From NCBI GenBank assembly GCA_011056635.1, contig DSEO01000261.1:1-59255 (forward strand): a stretch of 59,255 nucleotides of DNA, given 5' to 3'. The stretch is from Bacteroides sp. GTDB taxonomy: Bacteria > Bacteroidota > Bacteroidia > Bacteroidales > GCA-2748055. A model generated the notes under the pieces. That model was not told the DNA's origin and made no database searches. It saw only the letters and a program-made list of their open reading frames with translations. The position numbers were made by a program, and so were the translations under genes. Positions 18,650-31,226 of the stretch are shown here, in pieces (within the stretch, counting starts at the first letter, position 1; every line of letters starts with the position of its first letter).

Positions 18650-19665
18650 CAGAATGAGGCAGTTTTCCGGTTCAGGATCACAAGCCAGATGACCACCGGT
18701 ATCCCGATCAGAGAAGTAACCGCGTTGATGGGTAGCATCCGGTCGGTGCCGGGCAGCTGGGAAACAATGTCACTGAACAGCATGATCACCATACCCGTGA
18801 TCATGGTCGCCGGCAGAAGAATTCTGTGATCTGTCTGGACCAGCAGGAACCTGGTGATGTGGGGGACGGCGATGCCGATGAAGCCGATGGGACCGCAGAA
18901 AGCCGTGATCGTTCCAGCCAGGATGCTGGTAGTGGCAAAAATGATGATCCTGGACCTTCTCACCCGGATCCCCATGCTCATGGCATACTCTTCCCCGAGC
19001 ATCATTCCGTTCAGCATCTTCGGGTAAAAAAGCGTGAATACCAGCACGGGGATCACGGCACCGGACATGATCAGCAGCTGGCTGCCGGTAACATTTCCCA
19101 GGCTCCCCATACTCCATATGATGAAGGACTTCAATGCGGAAGCGTTGCTGAAATACTGCATGATGCTGATGATCGCATTGAGCCCGCTGGAGAACATGAT
19201 CCCCAGGATCAGGATGGTCATCACATCCCTGATCCGGAATGAGACGACCAGAAGCAGGACCATCACCAGTCCCGCCCCCACCCAGGAAGACAGCGCCAGT
19301 CCCCACCCTGCCACCATGCCGCCTGCACCCACGCTCATCACTACCACAGCAGCCCCGAAACTGGCCCCCGAGCTGATTCCCAGCACATAGGGACCGGCCA
19401 GGGGGTTCCTGAACAGGGTCTGCATCTGGAGACCGCAAACAGGCAGTGCCGCACCTGCCAGCAGTGCGGTGACAAGCCTGGGAAGTCTGAAACTTTTCAG
19501 GATAATGAGCTGTTCATGGGATAAAAGCTGCGTTCCGCGCAGATGTGCCAGCATCTCCGGAAAAGTGATCCTGATGCTTCCCAGTCTGAAATCCAGCAGG
19601 AAAAGTAAGACCAGAAGCAGGACCAGCAGCACGAAGATCAGCGGGCTTCTGGAAGGGGACTTCAC
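18649..19665 (-). CDS. FecCD/BtuC family ABC permease
   Basis: RLPR, QTLFRNPLAGPYVLGISSGA, GPIGFIGIAVPH. GTG start. Confidence 0.93.
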   Translation of the reverse strand: MKSPSRSPLIFVLLVLLLVLLFLLDFRLGSIRITFPEMLAHLRGTQLLSHEQLIILKSFRLPRLVTALLAGAALPVCGLQMQTLFRNPLAGPYVLGISSGASFGAAVVVMSVGAGGMVAGWGLALSSWVGAGLVMVLLLVVSFRIRDVMTILILGIMFSSGLNAIISIMQYFSNASALKSFIIWSMGSLGNVTGSQLLIMSGAVIPVLVFTLFYPKMLNGMMLGEEYAMSMGIRVRRSRIIIFATTSILAGTITAFCGPIGFIGIAVPHITRFLLVQTDHRILLPATMITGMVIMLFSDIVSQLPGTDRMLPINAVTSLIGIPVVIWLVILNRKTASF

Positions 19666-19668
19666 CGT

Positions 19669-19941
19669 TTATTTTTTAAGTTCCTCCACCACCTCTGCCA
19701 TCTTCAGCAGGTCCAGCTGAACCTGCTTGTAATGCGCTTTCAGGGATTCCGACTCGGCATCACTCTCCGGATGATTCGTCCTGAGGATCAGATCATTTCG
19801 CAGGAACACGATTTTTTTGATGACCTCGTCAAATCTATCCTCGGACAGATCTTCAGAATGGTGTCTGTATGCAAAGCACTCCCTTAAAAGTTCAAATGCA
19901 ATCTTGTTGATGTCTTTTTTCAGAAGTCGGATGCTGGCCAT
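19669..19941 (-). CDS. Hypothetical helical protein (90 aa)
   Basis: Starts MASIRLLKKDIN. Own -7 element TACATTTG at 19970-19963. Confidence 0.75.
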   Translation of the reverse strand: MASIRLLKKDINKIAFELLRECFAYRHHSEDLSEDRFDEVIKKIVFLRNDLILRTNHPESDAESESLKAHYKQVQLDLLKMAEVVEELKK

Positions 19942-19974
19942 GGATCGCTGCGTTGAGTTTCTCAAATGTAACGA

Positions 19975-21210
19975 TTATTTTAATTTCCTGTAATAGATGA
20001 AGTGATGATCTTCCATCAGTCCGGGATGAAAGATTTTGATCAGATCGGCCAGGACAAGGTGTGGACTGACAATGCCGGATTCCCAGTAATCGTTCCCTCC
20101 CGAGTGACTGGTCCGGGCATTGTGATTGAACACATTTCCCAGTCTGACCACCTCCAGAGCGCTGAAACGCCCGTCTGACCTGACAAGGTCTTCCAGGCTA
20201 TCCGCAGTTCCCGGATTGATCCATACATCGGCCCTCACCGCCCTGGAAAAGACTGCTTCCAGATCCAGGGGTATGGCCTGGGAAGACTCTGTATCATTCC
20301 AGAGAAAGGTTCCCCCCGCATCCTCGATCAGTCTGGCGGCAAAGCTGTTCCCTCCTGCCATGTACCAGGTATCCTTCCAGGGTAATCCAGTGAGCACAAG
20401 AGGTTTGTTTTCCAAATCCGCAGTCAATTCCGCCAGGGCCCGGTAAGCAGAATCGATCTTTTGAAACCGGATCATCGCTTCGGATTCCTTCTGAAAAAAA
20501 AGCGCGAAAAACCTGATCCATTCAGCCCTGCCGAGGGGATGGTCTTCCAGGTAATCTCCACAGAATACCACCGGAATTCCCATCCTGGTCAGTCTGTTTG
20601 AAATTTCCCTGATCCTGTCTTCCACGCCGTAAAGAAAAAAAACATCCGGTTTCAGGGCAATGATCCTTTCATAGTTCAGGGCCTGGTCATGACCCACATC
20701 GATGACCGCTCCGTCGCGGATCCGCTCATTCATCCTTGGGTCATAGATCAGCTCCGCACCCGAAATCCCCCTGATCTTTTCCGATTCACCCAGGGCTTCC
20801 ACGAAAGCGAGGTGGGTGGTTGAAAAAGTGATCACCCGCTGCACGGGTACGGTAATGAAAGGCAGACCGCGCAATGAATCGGGCACCTGTGCGGGATCCT
20901 CCCCGAGGATATACGAGTAGATGATCTGTCTGCTATTCTGCCATGGATCAAATACATGCACCAGGTCAAATCCCCGGTATGCTTCCACGGCAAATCCGGA
21001 GGCATAACGGGTATAGGACATGTCCTGCCTGGCGGGAGCATAGCCGTTACCATCCTCCCCCCTGAAACAGCCAGCCAGTAAACAGAGAAAGGGGATGCAG
21101 GCAGCAAGATACCCGGCCGGCCAGGTCAGGCGGAACGAAAAAAGGCACCGTAAAGTTCGCTGGTGCGGGAAATAAAGTGAGGATCCAGGCTGCAGGTTGA
21201 TGGGTATCAT
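19975..21210 (-). CDS. ABC substrate-binding lipoprotein (BtuF/Fe-chelate type)
   Basis: Lipobox LAGC, EDHPLGRAEW, GGNDYWESG..PHLVLADL. True start may be downstream. Confidence 0.88.
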   Translation of the reverse strand: MIPINLQPGSSLYFPHQRTLRCLFSFRLTWPAGYLAACIPFLCLLAGCFRGEDGNGYAPARQDMSYTRYASGFAVEAYRGFDLVHVFDPWQNSRQIIYSYILGEDPAQVPDSLRGLPFITVPVQRVITFSTTHLAFVEALGESEKIRGISGAELIYDPRMNERIRDGAVIDVGHDQALNYERIIALKPDVFFLYGVEDRIREISNRLTRMGIPVVFCGDYLEDHPLGRAEWIRFFALFFQKESEAMIRFQKIDSAYRALAELTADLENKPLVLTGLPWKDTWYMAGGNSFAARLIEDAGGTFLWNDTESSQAIPLDLEAVFSRAVRADVWINPGTADSLEDLVRSDGRFSALEVVRLGNVFNHNARTSHSGGNDYWESGIVSPHLVLADLIKIFHPGLMEDHHFIYYRKLK

Positions 21211-22904
21211 CTTGTCACCACAAATTTCAGATATACAGACTGTCCGTTTGATTCGATTCCCAACAGGTAAAAGCCTGAACCGAGCGACCGGACATCCAGG
21301 GACATCTGTTCCCCGGGCCCAAAACTGCCCGACAAGAAGATACTTCCTGAAAGATCATACACCCTGTAATTGCTCCGCTGAGCCGAAATGTACCGTGGCA
21401 CAATGAATAAAATGTCCTGAACCGGATTGGGGTAGATGTGGTAATACGAGTCTGGATCAAGCCGGGATGTATCCGTGCTGGCAGGATGATAGCCACCGAT
21501 GGTCGTTGCTCCGGAATTCAGGGGATCAAGCCAGGGCTTCAGGGCAGGTCCGTTCTCGCCGTAGTAGTCCCACGCCACATTGAGCCTGGTGTAGTAATCA
21601 TTCCGGTTCAGTGTAGTGTTATAGATCACCCTGTCCTTCTCCTCATCGTACCCGATGGAATCCCCGCAGGAGGCATAACCACCCGTCAGAATACCGATCA
21701 TCCGCTTTTCAGCGTTGAACAGCGGCGACCCGGAGGAGCCCCCTTCCGTGCTTCCCTCGTCCCACTGCCTGATCCACCAGTAGGAGAAGTAGTAATAATC
21801 CCGAAGGTCACCCTGCGGAATATCACTTGCCTTTTCCACAATGGATACAGGCTGGTAGTCTTTGGAAATCTTTTTCACGTCCCCCTCCGGATGGTGGATC
21901 GTGGTGGTCGTGGAAGGCTGGTAATTGTCCAGGTCCCAGCCCGCATAATAAACGTCGAATGAATCGGGCGGGGAAACGGACAACCGGACCAGGCTGAAAT
22001 CGATGCTGTCGCCCACCGCCATGGTATCGCAGCCGGAGATGGACATCGCAGTGGACCCGTCCCCACCGAAACATTCCGGGCTCTCGTAGTTAAATACGAA
22101 TACGGACCGGTCCGCATAGTAGGTCCGGTTGATGCAGTGTTCCGATGTTAACAGGTACGGGATTCCATCATAGGAAGTGTTGTTAACCAGCACACCGGTA
22201 CAGTATTCCCGGGTGGTATAGATCCGCACCACGGATTTTTTATGCAGTTGCCAGCCATCTCCCTCCTCGCAGTTGATATCAATCTCACATGCCTGCGACC
22301 TGCCGAACCGGATGTCCCGTTTCAGTCCGCATGCACCGGTGGAAAGAAATGCATGGGAGATGGTCTCAATGCGGAAGATCCCGTAATCGGACAACCCGTT
22401 GGGAACCTGCATTTCCACGATCAGTTCCTGTCCCGGTATGTGCCCTACGGCAAGTATCCCGGAGGGTTTGTTGTTGCCGGAGGTGAATGCGCCCCGGATA
22501 TGCAACATGTCGGGGTCATACACGAACACCTTAACCCCTTCCTTCAGGTTATAACCATTGAATACCAGTCCCATGGATATGGCCTCCGGGGAAATGAGGT
22601 GTACCCTCCATACCCGCATATCCCCTTCCGGGACCCAGCAACCGTGGATGGAGGGGGACAGGTCCACGGGTCTTTCCACCGCAAAACGCAGCACCTTGGC
22701 ATCTCCTCCATCGTTGGCCATCCGGTTGGCTTCCAGCTCCAACGGATCCAGGGGAGGAAGGGAATAGATAACCGCTGCAGCCTTCAGCGCAGGTTCGAAT
22801 CCAAAAGGTTTGCCAGGATGCTGAAGCTGTGCATTTAGCGTACCATTCCCGCAGACAAACAGTGCCAGTATGATCAGCCGGTACAGGCGTGGGTCAACGC
22901 GCAT
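21207..22904 (-). CDS. Lysyl endopeptidase-like S1 serine protease with T9SS C-terminal sorting domain
   Basis: Signal and propeptide, triad TSEHC / DFSL / EGGSSGSP, CTD IYPNPV...YDLSG...GFYLL...KFVV. Confidence 0.88.
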   Translation of the reverse strand: MRVDPRLYRLIILALFVCGNGTLNAQLQHPGKPFGFEPALKAAAVIYSLPPLDPLELEANRMANDGGDAKVLRFAVERPVDLSPSIHGCWVPEGDMRVWRVHLISPEAISMGLVFNGYNLKEGVKVFVYDPDMLHIRGAFTSGNNKPSGILAVGHIPGQELIVEMQVPNGLSDYGIFRIETISHAFLSTGACGLKRDIRFGRSQACEIDINCEEGDGWQLHKKSVVRIYTTREYCTGVLVNNTSYDGIPYLLTSEHCINRTYYADRSVFVFNYESPECFGGDGSTAMSISGCDTMAVGDSIDFSLVRLSVSPPDSFDVYYAGWDLDNYQPSTTTTIHHPEGDVKKISKDYQPVSIVEKASDIPQGDLRDYYYFSYWWIRQWDEGSTEGGSSGSPLFNAEKRMIGILTGGYASCGDSIGYDEEKDRVIYNTTLNRNDYYTRLNVAWDYYGENGPALKPWLDPLNSGATTIGGYHPASTDTSRLDPDSYYHIYPNPVQDILFIVPRYISAQRSNYRVYDLSGSIFLSGSFGPGEQMSLDVRSLGSGFYLLGIESNGQSVYLKFVVTR

Positions 22905-23000
22905 CCTTTTTCAGCCAGATAAATATAACAGGGATGAAGATACCATATTCGCCGGAAAATTGAACGACCGGACAGCTATTTCACAGGGAAATATTTTTCC

Positions 23001-23008
23001 TAATTTTG
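23001..23008 (+). promoter_or_regulatory. -7 element (TAATTTTG) for ligA
   Basis: Exact TAnnTTTG 17 nt before the ATG. Confidence 0.6.
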
Positions 23009-23013
23009 CTTAA

Positions 23014-25026
<2,013 letters not shown>

Positions 25027-25061
25027 CCGCTATCATATAAAATTGTATTTTTGTTCAGATC

Positions 25062-25604
25062 ATGGCAAAGCTCGCAGAATATATCGGCTGGAGGATCCTC
25101 AAGAGGAAGAGAAAGGGGGTGGACAGGGAGGTCCGTGTGCATAATTTCGGCACTGCGAAATCTGCAGCGATCCTCTTCGACACAACCGTGGAGAACTCAT
25201 TTCCGGTCATCCACGAATTCAGGAAATTCATTGACAAGCAAGGGATCCGCTGTTCCGCATTCGGATACGTGCCTGAAAAAGAGATTCCCCAGGAGATGCT
25301 TCTCCGTAAAAATTATTCATTCATTACCCGCAAAGATCTCAACTGGTACCGCAGGCCCAGGGGAGAGGTGACCGAAAATTTTTACAGCTGTGATCCTGAT
25401 ATGCTTATCGATTTTACCTTCCAATCGCTTCTGGAACTGCAGTTCCTGGTACAATTGTCTACCGCCAGGTTTAAGATCGGCTGTTATACCGAACAGGAAA
25501 ACGACTATGACCTGATGATCAATATTACCGGGAAGGAATGTGAAATCGGTTATTTTGCAGAACAGGTCAAACATTATATTTCCATGTTGCATCCGTCAAA
25601 ATAG
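25062..25604 (+). CDS. Conserved Bacteroidota hypothetical protein (DUF6913-like)
   Basis: KDLNWY..P, DMLIDF, ARFKIG, YDLMI, in the usual ligA-x-dapA position. Confidence 0.7.
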   Translation: MAKLAEYIGWRILKRKRKGVDREVRVHNFGTAKSAAILFDTTVENSFPVIHEFRKFIDKQGIRCSAFGYVPEKEIPQEMLLRKNYSFITRKDLNWYRRPRGEVTENFYSCDPDMLIDFTFQSLLELQFLVQLSTARFKIGCYTEQENDYDLMINITGKECEIGYFAEQVKHYISMLHPSK

Positions 25605-25610
25605 CAGATT

Positions 25611-26510
25611 ATGGCACCGGCAAAACAATTCAGAGGAACGGGCACGGCCATGGTCACCCCTTTCAACCGGGAGGGCGAAGTGGATCATGAAAAGCTGATG
25701 CTTCATACCGACAGGCTGATCAGGAACGGGATCAATTACCTGGTGGTCCTGGGAACAACAGCCGAGACCCCTACCCTGTCCGCGGCAGAAAAAAATGAGG
25801 TTGTCCGGCATGTGGTTGAAGCCGGCGGAGGGAGGGTTCCGGTGATCGTTGGAGCGGGCGGCAATGATACAAGGGCGACCGTGGACCTGGTAAGATCGAT
25901 GGATCTGCGGGGCGTAAACGGATTGCTGAGTGTGGCACCCTATTACAACAAGCCCTCGCAGGAGGGTATTTACCAGCATTTCTCGGCCATAGCAGCCGTA
26001 TCGGAACTGCCCCTGATCTTGTACAACGTGCCCGGGCGTACCGGTTCCAATATTCGTGCTGAAACGGTCCTGCGACTGGCTGCTGATTTCCCTGACAAAA
26101 TAGTGGCTGTCAAGGAAGCATCGGGTGATCTGAACCAGGTCATGGAGATCATCGGGAACCGGCCGGAGGGATTCATGGTGATCTCGGGGGACGATTCCAT
26201 CTCTCTTTCTTTGATCGCTTCAGGTGGTGACGGTGTGATCAGCGTGATCGCCAATGCATACCCGGCACTTTTTTCCACGATGATCGCAGCTGCGCTGGAG
26301 GGAGCCTTCGGTAAGGCTCGTGAATTGCATTACCGGTTATTCCCCATGATGAAAGCGATTTTCAAAGAAGGAAATCCCGCCGGAGTCAAAGCTGCCATGG
26401 AAATCCAGGGCTGGACAGAAAATGTATTGCGATTGCCCCTGATCCCGGTAACGGGAAAATTATATGCGGAGATCAGAGAGCTTGATCGTCAGCTGCATCA
26501 GGGGGGCTAG
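25611..26510 (+). CDS. dapA: 4-hydroxy-tetrahydrodipicolinate synthase
   Basis: [30 protein letters not shown]. Confidence 0.97.
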   Translation: MAPAKQFRGTGTAMVTPFNREGEVDHEKLMLHTDRLIRNGINYLVVLGTTAETPTLSAAEKNEVVRHVVEAGGGRVPVIVGAGGNDTRATVDLVRSMDLRGVNGLLSVAPYYNKPSQEGIYQHFSAIAAVSELPLILYNVPGRTGSNIRAETVLRLAADFPDKIVAVKEASGDLNQVMEIIGNRPEGFMVISGDDSISLSLIASGGDGVISVIANAYPALFSTMIAAALEGAFGKARELHYRLFPMMKAIFKEGNPAGVKAAMEIQGWTENVLRLPLIPVTGKLYAEIRELDRQLHQGG

Positions 26511-29500
26511 CTCATCCCGGGCCTTCCGTGACAATTCTTGTATTTTTTGCCGCTGCCACAGGGACAGGGATCATTGCGCCCAATCTTCTTCTCCACCCGG
26601 ACAGGCTGTTGCGCCCGTGTGCGCCCATCCTTGCCCGGTCCGCCTCCCGAAGGATCATTGTACCTGGGCATATCATCCTTGTTGGCTTCGAATTTGCTCA
26701 GGTCCATTCTTTTCGGAGCCTCCGCCTTCCGGACACTTTCGGGATCACGCAGCGGAATGTGGGCCTTCATCAGGGTGGAGACCACATCCCGGTTGATCTT
26801 GTCGATCATGGCCGTGAACAGTTCAAATGCCTCGAACTTGTAGATCAGCAAGGGATCTTTCTGTTCATAGGCAGCATTCCTGACCGATTGTCTCAGCTCA
26901 TCCAGTTCGCGGAGGTGTTCCTGCCACGACTGGTCAATGCTCACCAGGATGATGCTTTTCTCGTAGGAACGTACCAGCTCTTTCCCTTTTGAATTGTAAC
27001 ATTTCTCCAGGTTCGTCAGGACCTGGAATACCCGGGTCCCGTCCGACACAGGTACCACGATGTTCTCGTAAACCTGGCGCTGGTGTTCGTACACCTGGTT
27101 GATCACCGGCATGGCCTGATCGGAAATGCTTTCCTGTTTCCTCCGGTAAGTTTCCAGCAGGATCTGGTAGATTTTCTCCACCAGGTCGTTTCCGTCCATC
27201 TTTTTGAATTCCACTTCCGAAACAGGGGACTCAATGGAAAAGAACCGGATCAGCTCCAGCTTATACCCGTCAAAATCACCGCTCTGGTGATAGGTATTAA
27301 CGATACTCTCGGTCACGTCGTACATCATATTGGCGATATCCAGCCCGATGCGTTCTCCGAAAAGTGCGTGACGTCTTCTTTTGTATATCACTTCCCGCTG
27401 GGCATTCATCACATCATCATACTCCAACAGGTTCTTCCTGATACCGAAATTGTTCTCCTCCACTTTTTTCTGGGCGCGCTCAATGGATTTGGTGATCATG
27501 GAATGCTGGATCACCTCCCCCTCCTTCAATCCCAGTTTGTCCATCATTCCCGCAATCCGCTCCGATCCGAAGAGTCGCATCAGATCATCTTCAAGCGATA
27601 CGTAAAACTGCGACGAACCCGGGTCTCCCTGCCTTCCCGATCGTCCCCGCAACTGCCTGTCCACCCGCCGTGATTCATGCCGTTCGGTCCCTATAATGGC
27701 GAGTCCGCCCGCTTCTCTCACCTCCGGCGTCAGTTTGATGTCGGTCCCCCGACCTGCCATATTGGTGGCGATGGTGACCGTACCCGGCTTCCCCGCCTGG
27801 GCTACCACCTCGGCTTCGCGCTGGTGGAGCTTGGCATTCAGTACATTATGATTTATCTTTCTGATTTTAAGCATCTTAGACAGCAGCTCTGAAACCTCCA
27901 CCGTGGTGGTACCCACCAGTGCGGGCCTCCCCTGTTTGTTCAACCGGACCAGTTCATCGATCACTGCATTGTATTTCTCCCGCTTTGTCTTGTAAACAAG
28001 GTCCTGTCGGTCATCCCGGACCACAGGCCTGTTGGTCGGGATCACCATGACATCCAGCTTGTAGATGTCCCAGAATTCACCGGCCTCCGTCTCGGCCGTC
28101 CCGGTCATTCCCGCCAGCTTGTGGTACATCCTGAAGTAATTCTGCAGGGTAATGGTGGCCCAGGTCTGTGTGGCTGCCTCCACCTTCACATTTTCCTTCG
28201 CCTCGATGGCCTGGTGCAATCCGTCGCTGTACCTCCGGCCTTCCATGATCCTTCCGGTCTGTTCATCCACGATCTTCACCTTGTTGTCGATGACCACATA
28301 TTCCACCTCTTTTTCAAACATGGTATATGCCTTCAGGAGCTGGTTCACCGTATGGATCCGTTCCGACTTGACCGCATAATCCTGGAGCATTTTGTCCTTG
28401 ACCTCCAGCTTTTTCTTATCGGGCATATCGGATTTTTCGATCTCCGCCACCTCACTCCCGATATCAGGGAGGATAAAAAAGCTGGGGTCATCCGAGTCGC
28501 TGGTGATCAGGTCAATACCCTGTTCCGTAAGCTCTACGGAATTGAGCTTCTCTTCAATGATGAAGAAAAGATCGTCCGTAACCAGATGCATGTGCTTGGA
28601 CTGCTCCTGCATGTAGTGGTTTTCGGTCTTCTGCATCAGGATCTTGTTCCCCTCTTCGCTGAGCAGCTTGATCAGGGGTTTGTATTTGGGTAATCCTTTG
28701 TGTGCCTGCAACAGTTTGAATCCTGCCTTCTCCGTATCGCCTTCGCTCAGCAGTTTGCGTGCTTCCGAGAAGATGCTATTGATCAGCTGCCGCTGGGCGT
28801 TTAACAGCCTTTCCACTTTGGGCTTGTATGCATCGAATTCGTGATGCTCCCCCTTGGGAACGGGACCGGAGATGATCAGCGGGGTCCTGGCATCGTCGAT
28901 CAGTACTGAATCCACCTCATCCACGATGGCATAATTGTGTTTCCGTTGCACCAGTTCGGCGGGACTGTGCGCCATGTTATCACGCAGGTAGTCGAAACCG
29001 AATTCGTTGTTGGTCCCGAAGGTCACATCACAGCCGTATGCTTTTCTCCGGGCCTCGGAATTGGGTTGATGCTTGTCAATGCAATCCACCGTCAGACCGT
29101 GAAATTCGTAAATCGGCCCCATCCATTCCGAGTCGCGTTTGGCCAGGTAATCGTTTACCGTCACCATATGCACACCTTTGCCTGTGAGGGCATTCAAAAA
29201 TACGGGCAGTGTGGCCACCACGGTTTTCCCTTCGCCCGTTGCCATTTCTGCGATCTTTCCTGTATGCAGGGCAACTCCGCCGATAAGCTGCACGTCATAA
29301 TGCACCATATCCCAGGTAATCTCGTTGCCTCCGGCCATCCAGCGGTTTTTCCAGTAAGCCTTATCGCCCTTTATCTCTATGGACTCCCTGGAGGCTGCCA
29401 GTGTGCGGTCGTATTCAAGAGCGGTTACTTCAATCACTTCGTTTTCCTTGAACCTTCTGGCCGTATCCTTGATGATGGCGAAAGCTTCCGGAAGTATCTC

Positions 29501-29818
29501 GTCCAGTATCTCTTCGTATTTGTCGTCGATCGCGGCTTCCAGTTTGTCGATTTCCTGATAGGCGGACTCCTTCTCCGAAACATCGACATCGGGATCTTCA
29601 GCTTTCTCCTTCAAATTTTGAAGGGTTGATTCTTCTTCAGCCACATATTCCCGCACCCGCTTCTTCAGATGGGCCGATCTTTCACGAAGCGCATCATTGC
29701 TGAGCCCCTGAACAGATTCATATGCCTCCCTGATCTTTCCCACATAGGGCATCACTTCACGCATGTCCCTGTCTGCCTTGTTCCCTAAAAACCTGGATAC
29801 TACCTTACCGAAATCCAT
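26507..29818 (-). CDS. secA: Preprotein translocase subunit SecA
   Basis: [48 protein letters not shown] motif [13 protein letters not shown]. -7 element at 29871-29864. Confidence 0.98.
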   Translation of the reverse strand: MDFGKVVSRFLGNKADRDMREVMPYVGKIREAYESVQGLSNDALRERSAHLKKRVREYVAEEESTLQNLKEKAEDPDVDVSEKESAYQEIDKLEAAIDDKYEEILDEILPEAFAIIKDTARRFKENEVIEVTALEYDRTLAASRESIEIKGDKAYWKNRWMAGGNEITWDMVHYDVQLIGGVALHTGKIAEMATGEGKTVVATLPVFLNALTGKGVHMVTVNDYLAKRDSEWMGPIYEFHGLTVDCIDKHQPNSEARRKAYGCDVTFGTNNEFGFDYLRDNMAHSPAELVQRKHNYAIVDEVDSVLIDDARTPLIISGPVPKGEHHEFDAYKPKVERLLNAQRQLINSIFSEARKLLSEGDTEKAGFKLLQAHKGLPKYKPLIKLLSEEGNKILMQKTENHYMQEQSKHMHLVTDDLFFIIEEKLNSVELTEQGIDLITSDSDDPSFFILPDIGSEVAEIEKSDMPDKKKLEVKDKMLQDYAVKSERIHTVNQLLKAYTMFEKEVEYVVIDNKVKIVDEQTGRIMEGRRYSDGLHQAIEAKENVKVEAATQTWATITLQNYFRMYHKLAGMTGTAETEAGEFWDIYKLDVMVIPTNRPVVRDDRQDLVYKTKREKYNAVIDELVRLNKQGRPALVGTTTVEVSELLSKMLKIRKINHNVLNAKLHQREAEVVAQAGKPGTVTIATNMAGRGTDIKLTPEVREAGGLAIIGTERHESRRVDRQLRGRSGRQGDPGSSQFYVSLEDDLMRLFGSERIAGMMDKLGLKEGEVIQHSMITKSIERAQKKVEENNFGIRKNLLEYDDVMNAQREVIYKRRRHALFGERIGLDIANMMYDVTESIVNTYHQSGDFDGYKLELIRFFSIESPVSEVEFKKMDGNDLVEKIYQILLETYRRKQESISDQAMPVINQVYEHQRQVYENIVVPVSDGTRVFQVLTNLEKCYNSKGKELVRSYEKSIILVSIDQSWQEHLRELDELRQSVRNAAYEQKDPLLIYKFEAFELFTAMIDKINRDVVSTLMKAHIPLRDPESVRKAEAPKRMDLSKFEANKDDMPRYNDPSGGGPGKDGRTRAQQPVRVEKKIGRNDPCPCGSGKKYKNCHGRPGMS

Positions 29819-29933
29819 GATCTGATCTCTTTTATTGAAGCAAATTTCTTCCTTTAAAAAGGACAAATTTACTCTTTTTATTCGTCATAACCACCCCTGC
29901 TTCGCCGACTCCTTGCCGGCTTCCACCCGTATT

Positions 29934-31199
29934 TCACATATACTGAATGATGGCCGAACCGAATTCGGAAGTTTTCAATGTGGAAGCTTTCTCCATCAGG
30001 CGTGCAAAATCATAGGTCACTTTCATTTGTTTGATGGCACTCTCCAGACCCTTGATGATCAAATCCCCTGCCTCATCCCATCCCATGTACTGGAGCATCA
30101 TGACCCCGGAGAGAATCAGCGAGCCGGGATTTACTTTATCCTGGCCGGCATATTTGGGGGCCGTCCCGTGGGTGGCTTCGAAGATGGCGTGACCGGTTTC
30201 ATAGTTAATATTGGCTCCCGGAGCGATACCGATGCCTCCCACAATGGCGGCAAGCGAGTCGGAGATATAATCCCCGTTCAGGTTCATGGTGGCGATCACT
30301 GAATAATCGGTTGGCCGCGTAAGGATCTGCTGCAGGAAAGCATCCGCAATCACATCCTTGATCAGGATCTTACCTTCCTTCATAGCCAGTGCCTGTGCTT
30401 TATCGGCTTTTTCCTTTCCTTCCTCCTCAGCGATCCTGTCATACTGTGCCCAGGTGAACACCAGATCGCCGAATTCCATTTCCGCCAGTTCATAGCCCCA
30501 TAGTTTGAACTGTCCTTCGGTGAATTTCATGATGTTGCCTTTGTGTACCAGTGTGACCGACGGCAGTTTTTTCCGGACCGCGTACTGGATCGCCGCACGC
30601 ACAAGCCTGTAAGTCCCCTCCCTGGAGACCGGTTTGATGCCGATGGAGGAGGTATCGGGAAACCTGATGGTGGTGACGCCCATCTCTTCCAGCAGGAATT
30701 TTTTTACCTTTTCTCCCTCCTCGGTTCCCGTCATCCACTCGATTCCGGCATAGATATCCTCGGAGTTTTCCCGGAAGATCACCATGTCGGTCCTGCTGGG
30801 ATCTTTCACCGGCGACGGGACTCCGTTATAATACTTGACGGGGCGCAGGCAGACATACAGATCCAGTATCTGCCTGAGGGCCACGTTCAGCGACCTGATC
30901 CCCCCTCCCACCGGGGTGGTGAGAGGCCCCTTGATGGCAACCAGGTACTCATTCAGGGTGTCCAGTGTCTCCTCCGGAAGCCATTTGCCTGTCTGCTGAT
31001 ATGCCTTTTCTCCGGCATAGACCTCTTTCCACATGATCTTCCGCCTGCCTCCGTATGCCTTTTCCACGGCTGCATCGAATACCCGGACCGATGCGGCCCA
31101 GATATCGGGTCCGGTCCCGTCTCCCTCAATGAAAGGAATGACGGGAAAGTCAGGGACAATCAGTTTTCCATACGCATTGATGATTTTTTCGCCGTTCAT
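29934..31199 (-). CDS. icd: Isocitrate dehydrogenase (NADP, E. coli-type dimeric)
   Basis: [59 protein letters not shown]. Confidence 0.96.
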   Translation of the reverse strand: MNGEKIINAYGKLIVPDFPVIPFIEGDGTGPDIWAASVRVFDAAVEKAYGGRRKIMWKEVYAGEKAYQQTGKWLPEETLDTLNEYLVAIKGPLTTPVGGGIRSLNVALRQILDLYVCLRPVKYYNGVPSPVKDPSRTDMVIFRENSEDIYAGIEWMTGTEEGEKVKKFLLEEMGVTTIRFPDTSSIGIKPVSREGTYRLVRAAIQYAVRKKLPSVTLVHKGNIMKFTEGQFKLWGYELAEMEFGDLVFTWAQYDRIAEEEGKEKADKAQALAMKEGKILIKDVIADAFLQQILTRPTDYSVIATMNLNGDYISDSLAAIVGGIGIAPGANINYETGHAIFEATHGTAPKYAGQDKVNPGSLILSGVMMLQYMGWDEAGDLIIKGLESAIKQMKVTYDFARLMEKASTLKTSEFGSAIIQYM

Positions 31200-31226
31200 G
31201 CTGATAAAATTTTATAAAGATGATGT

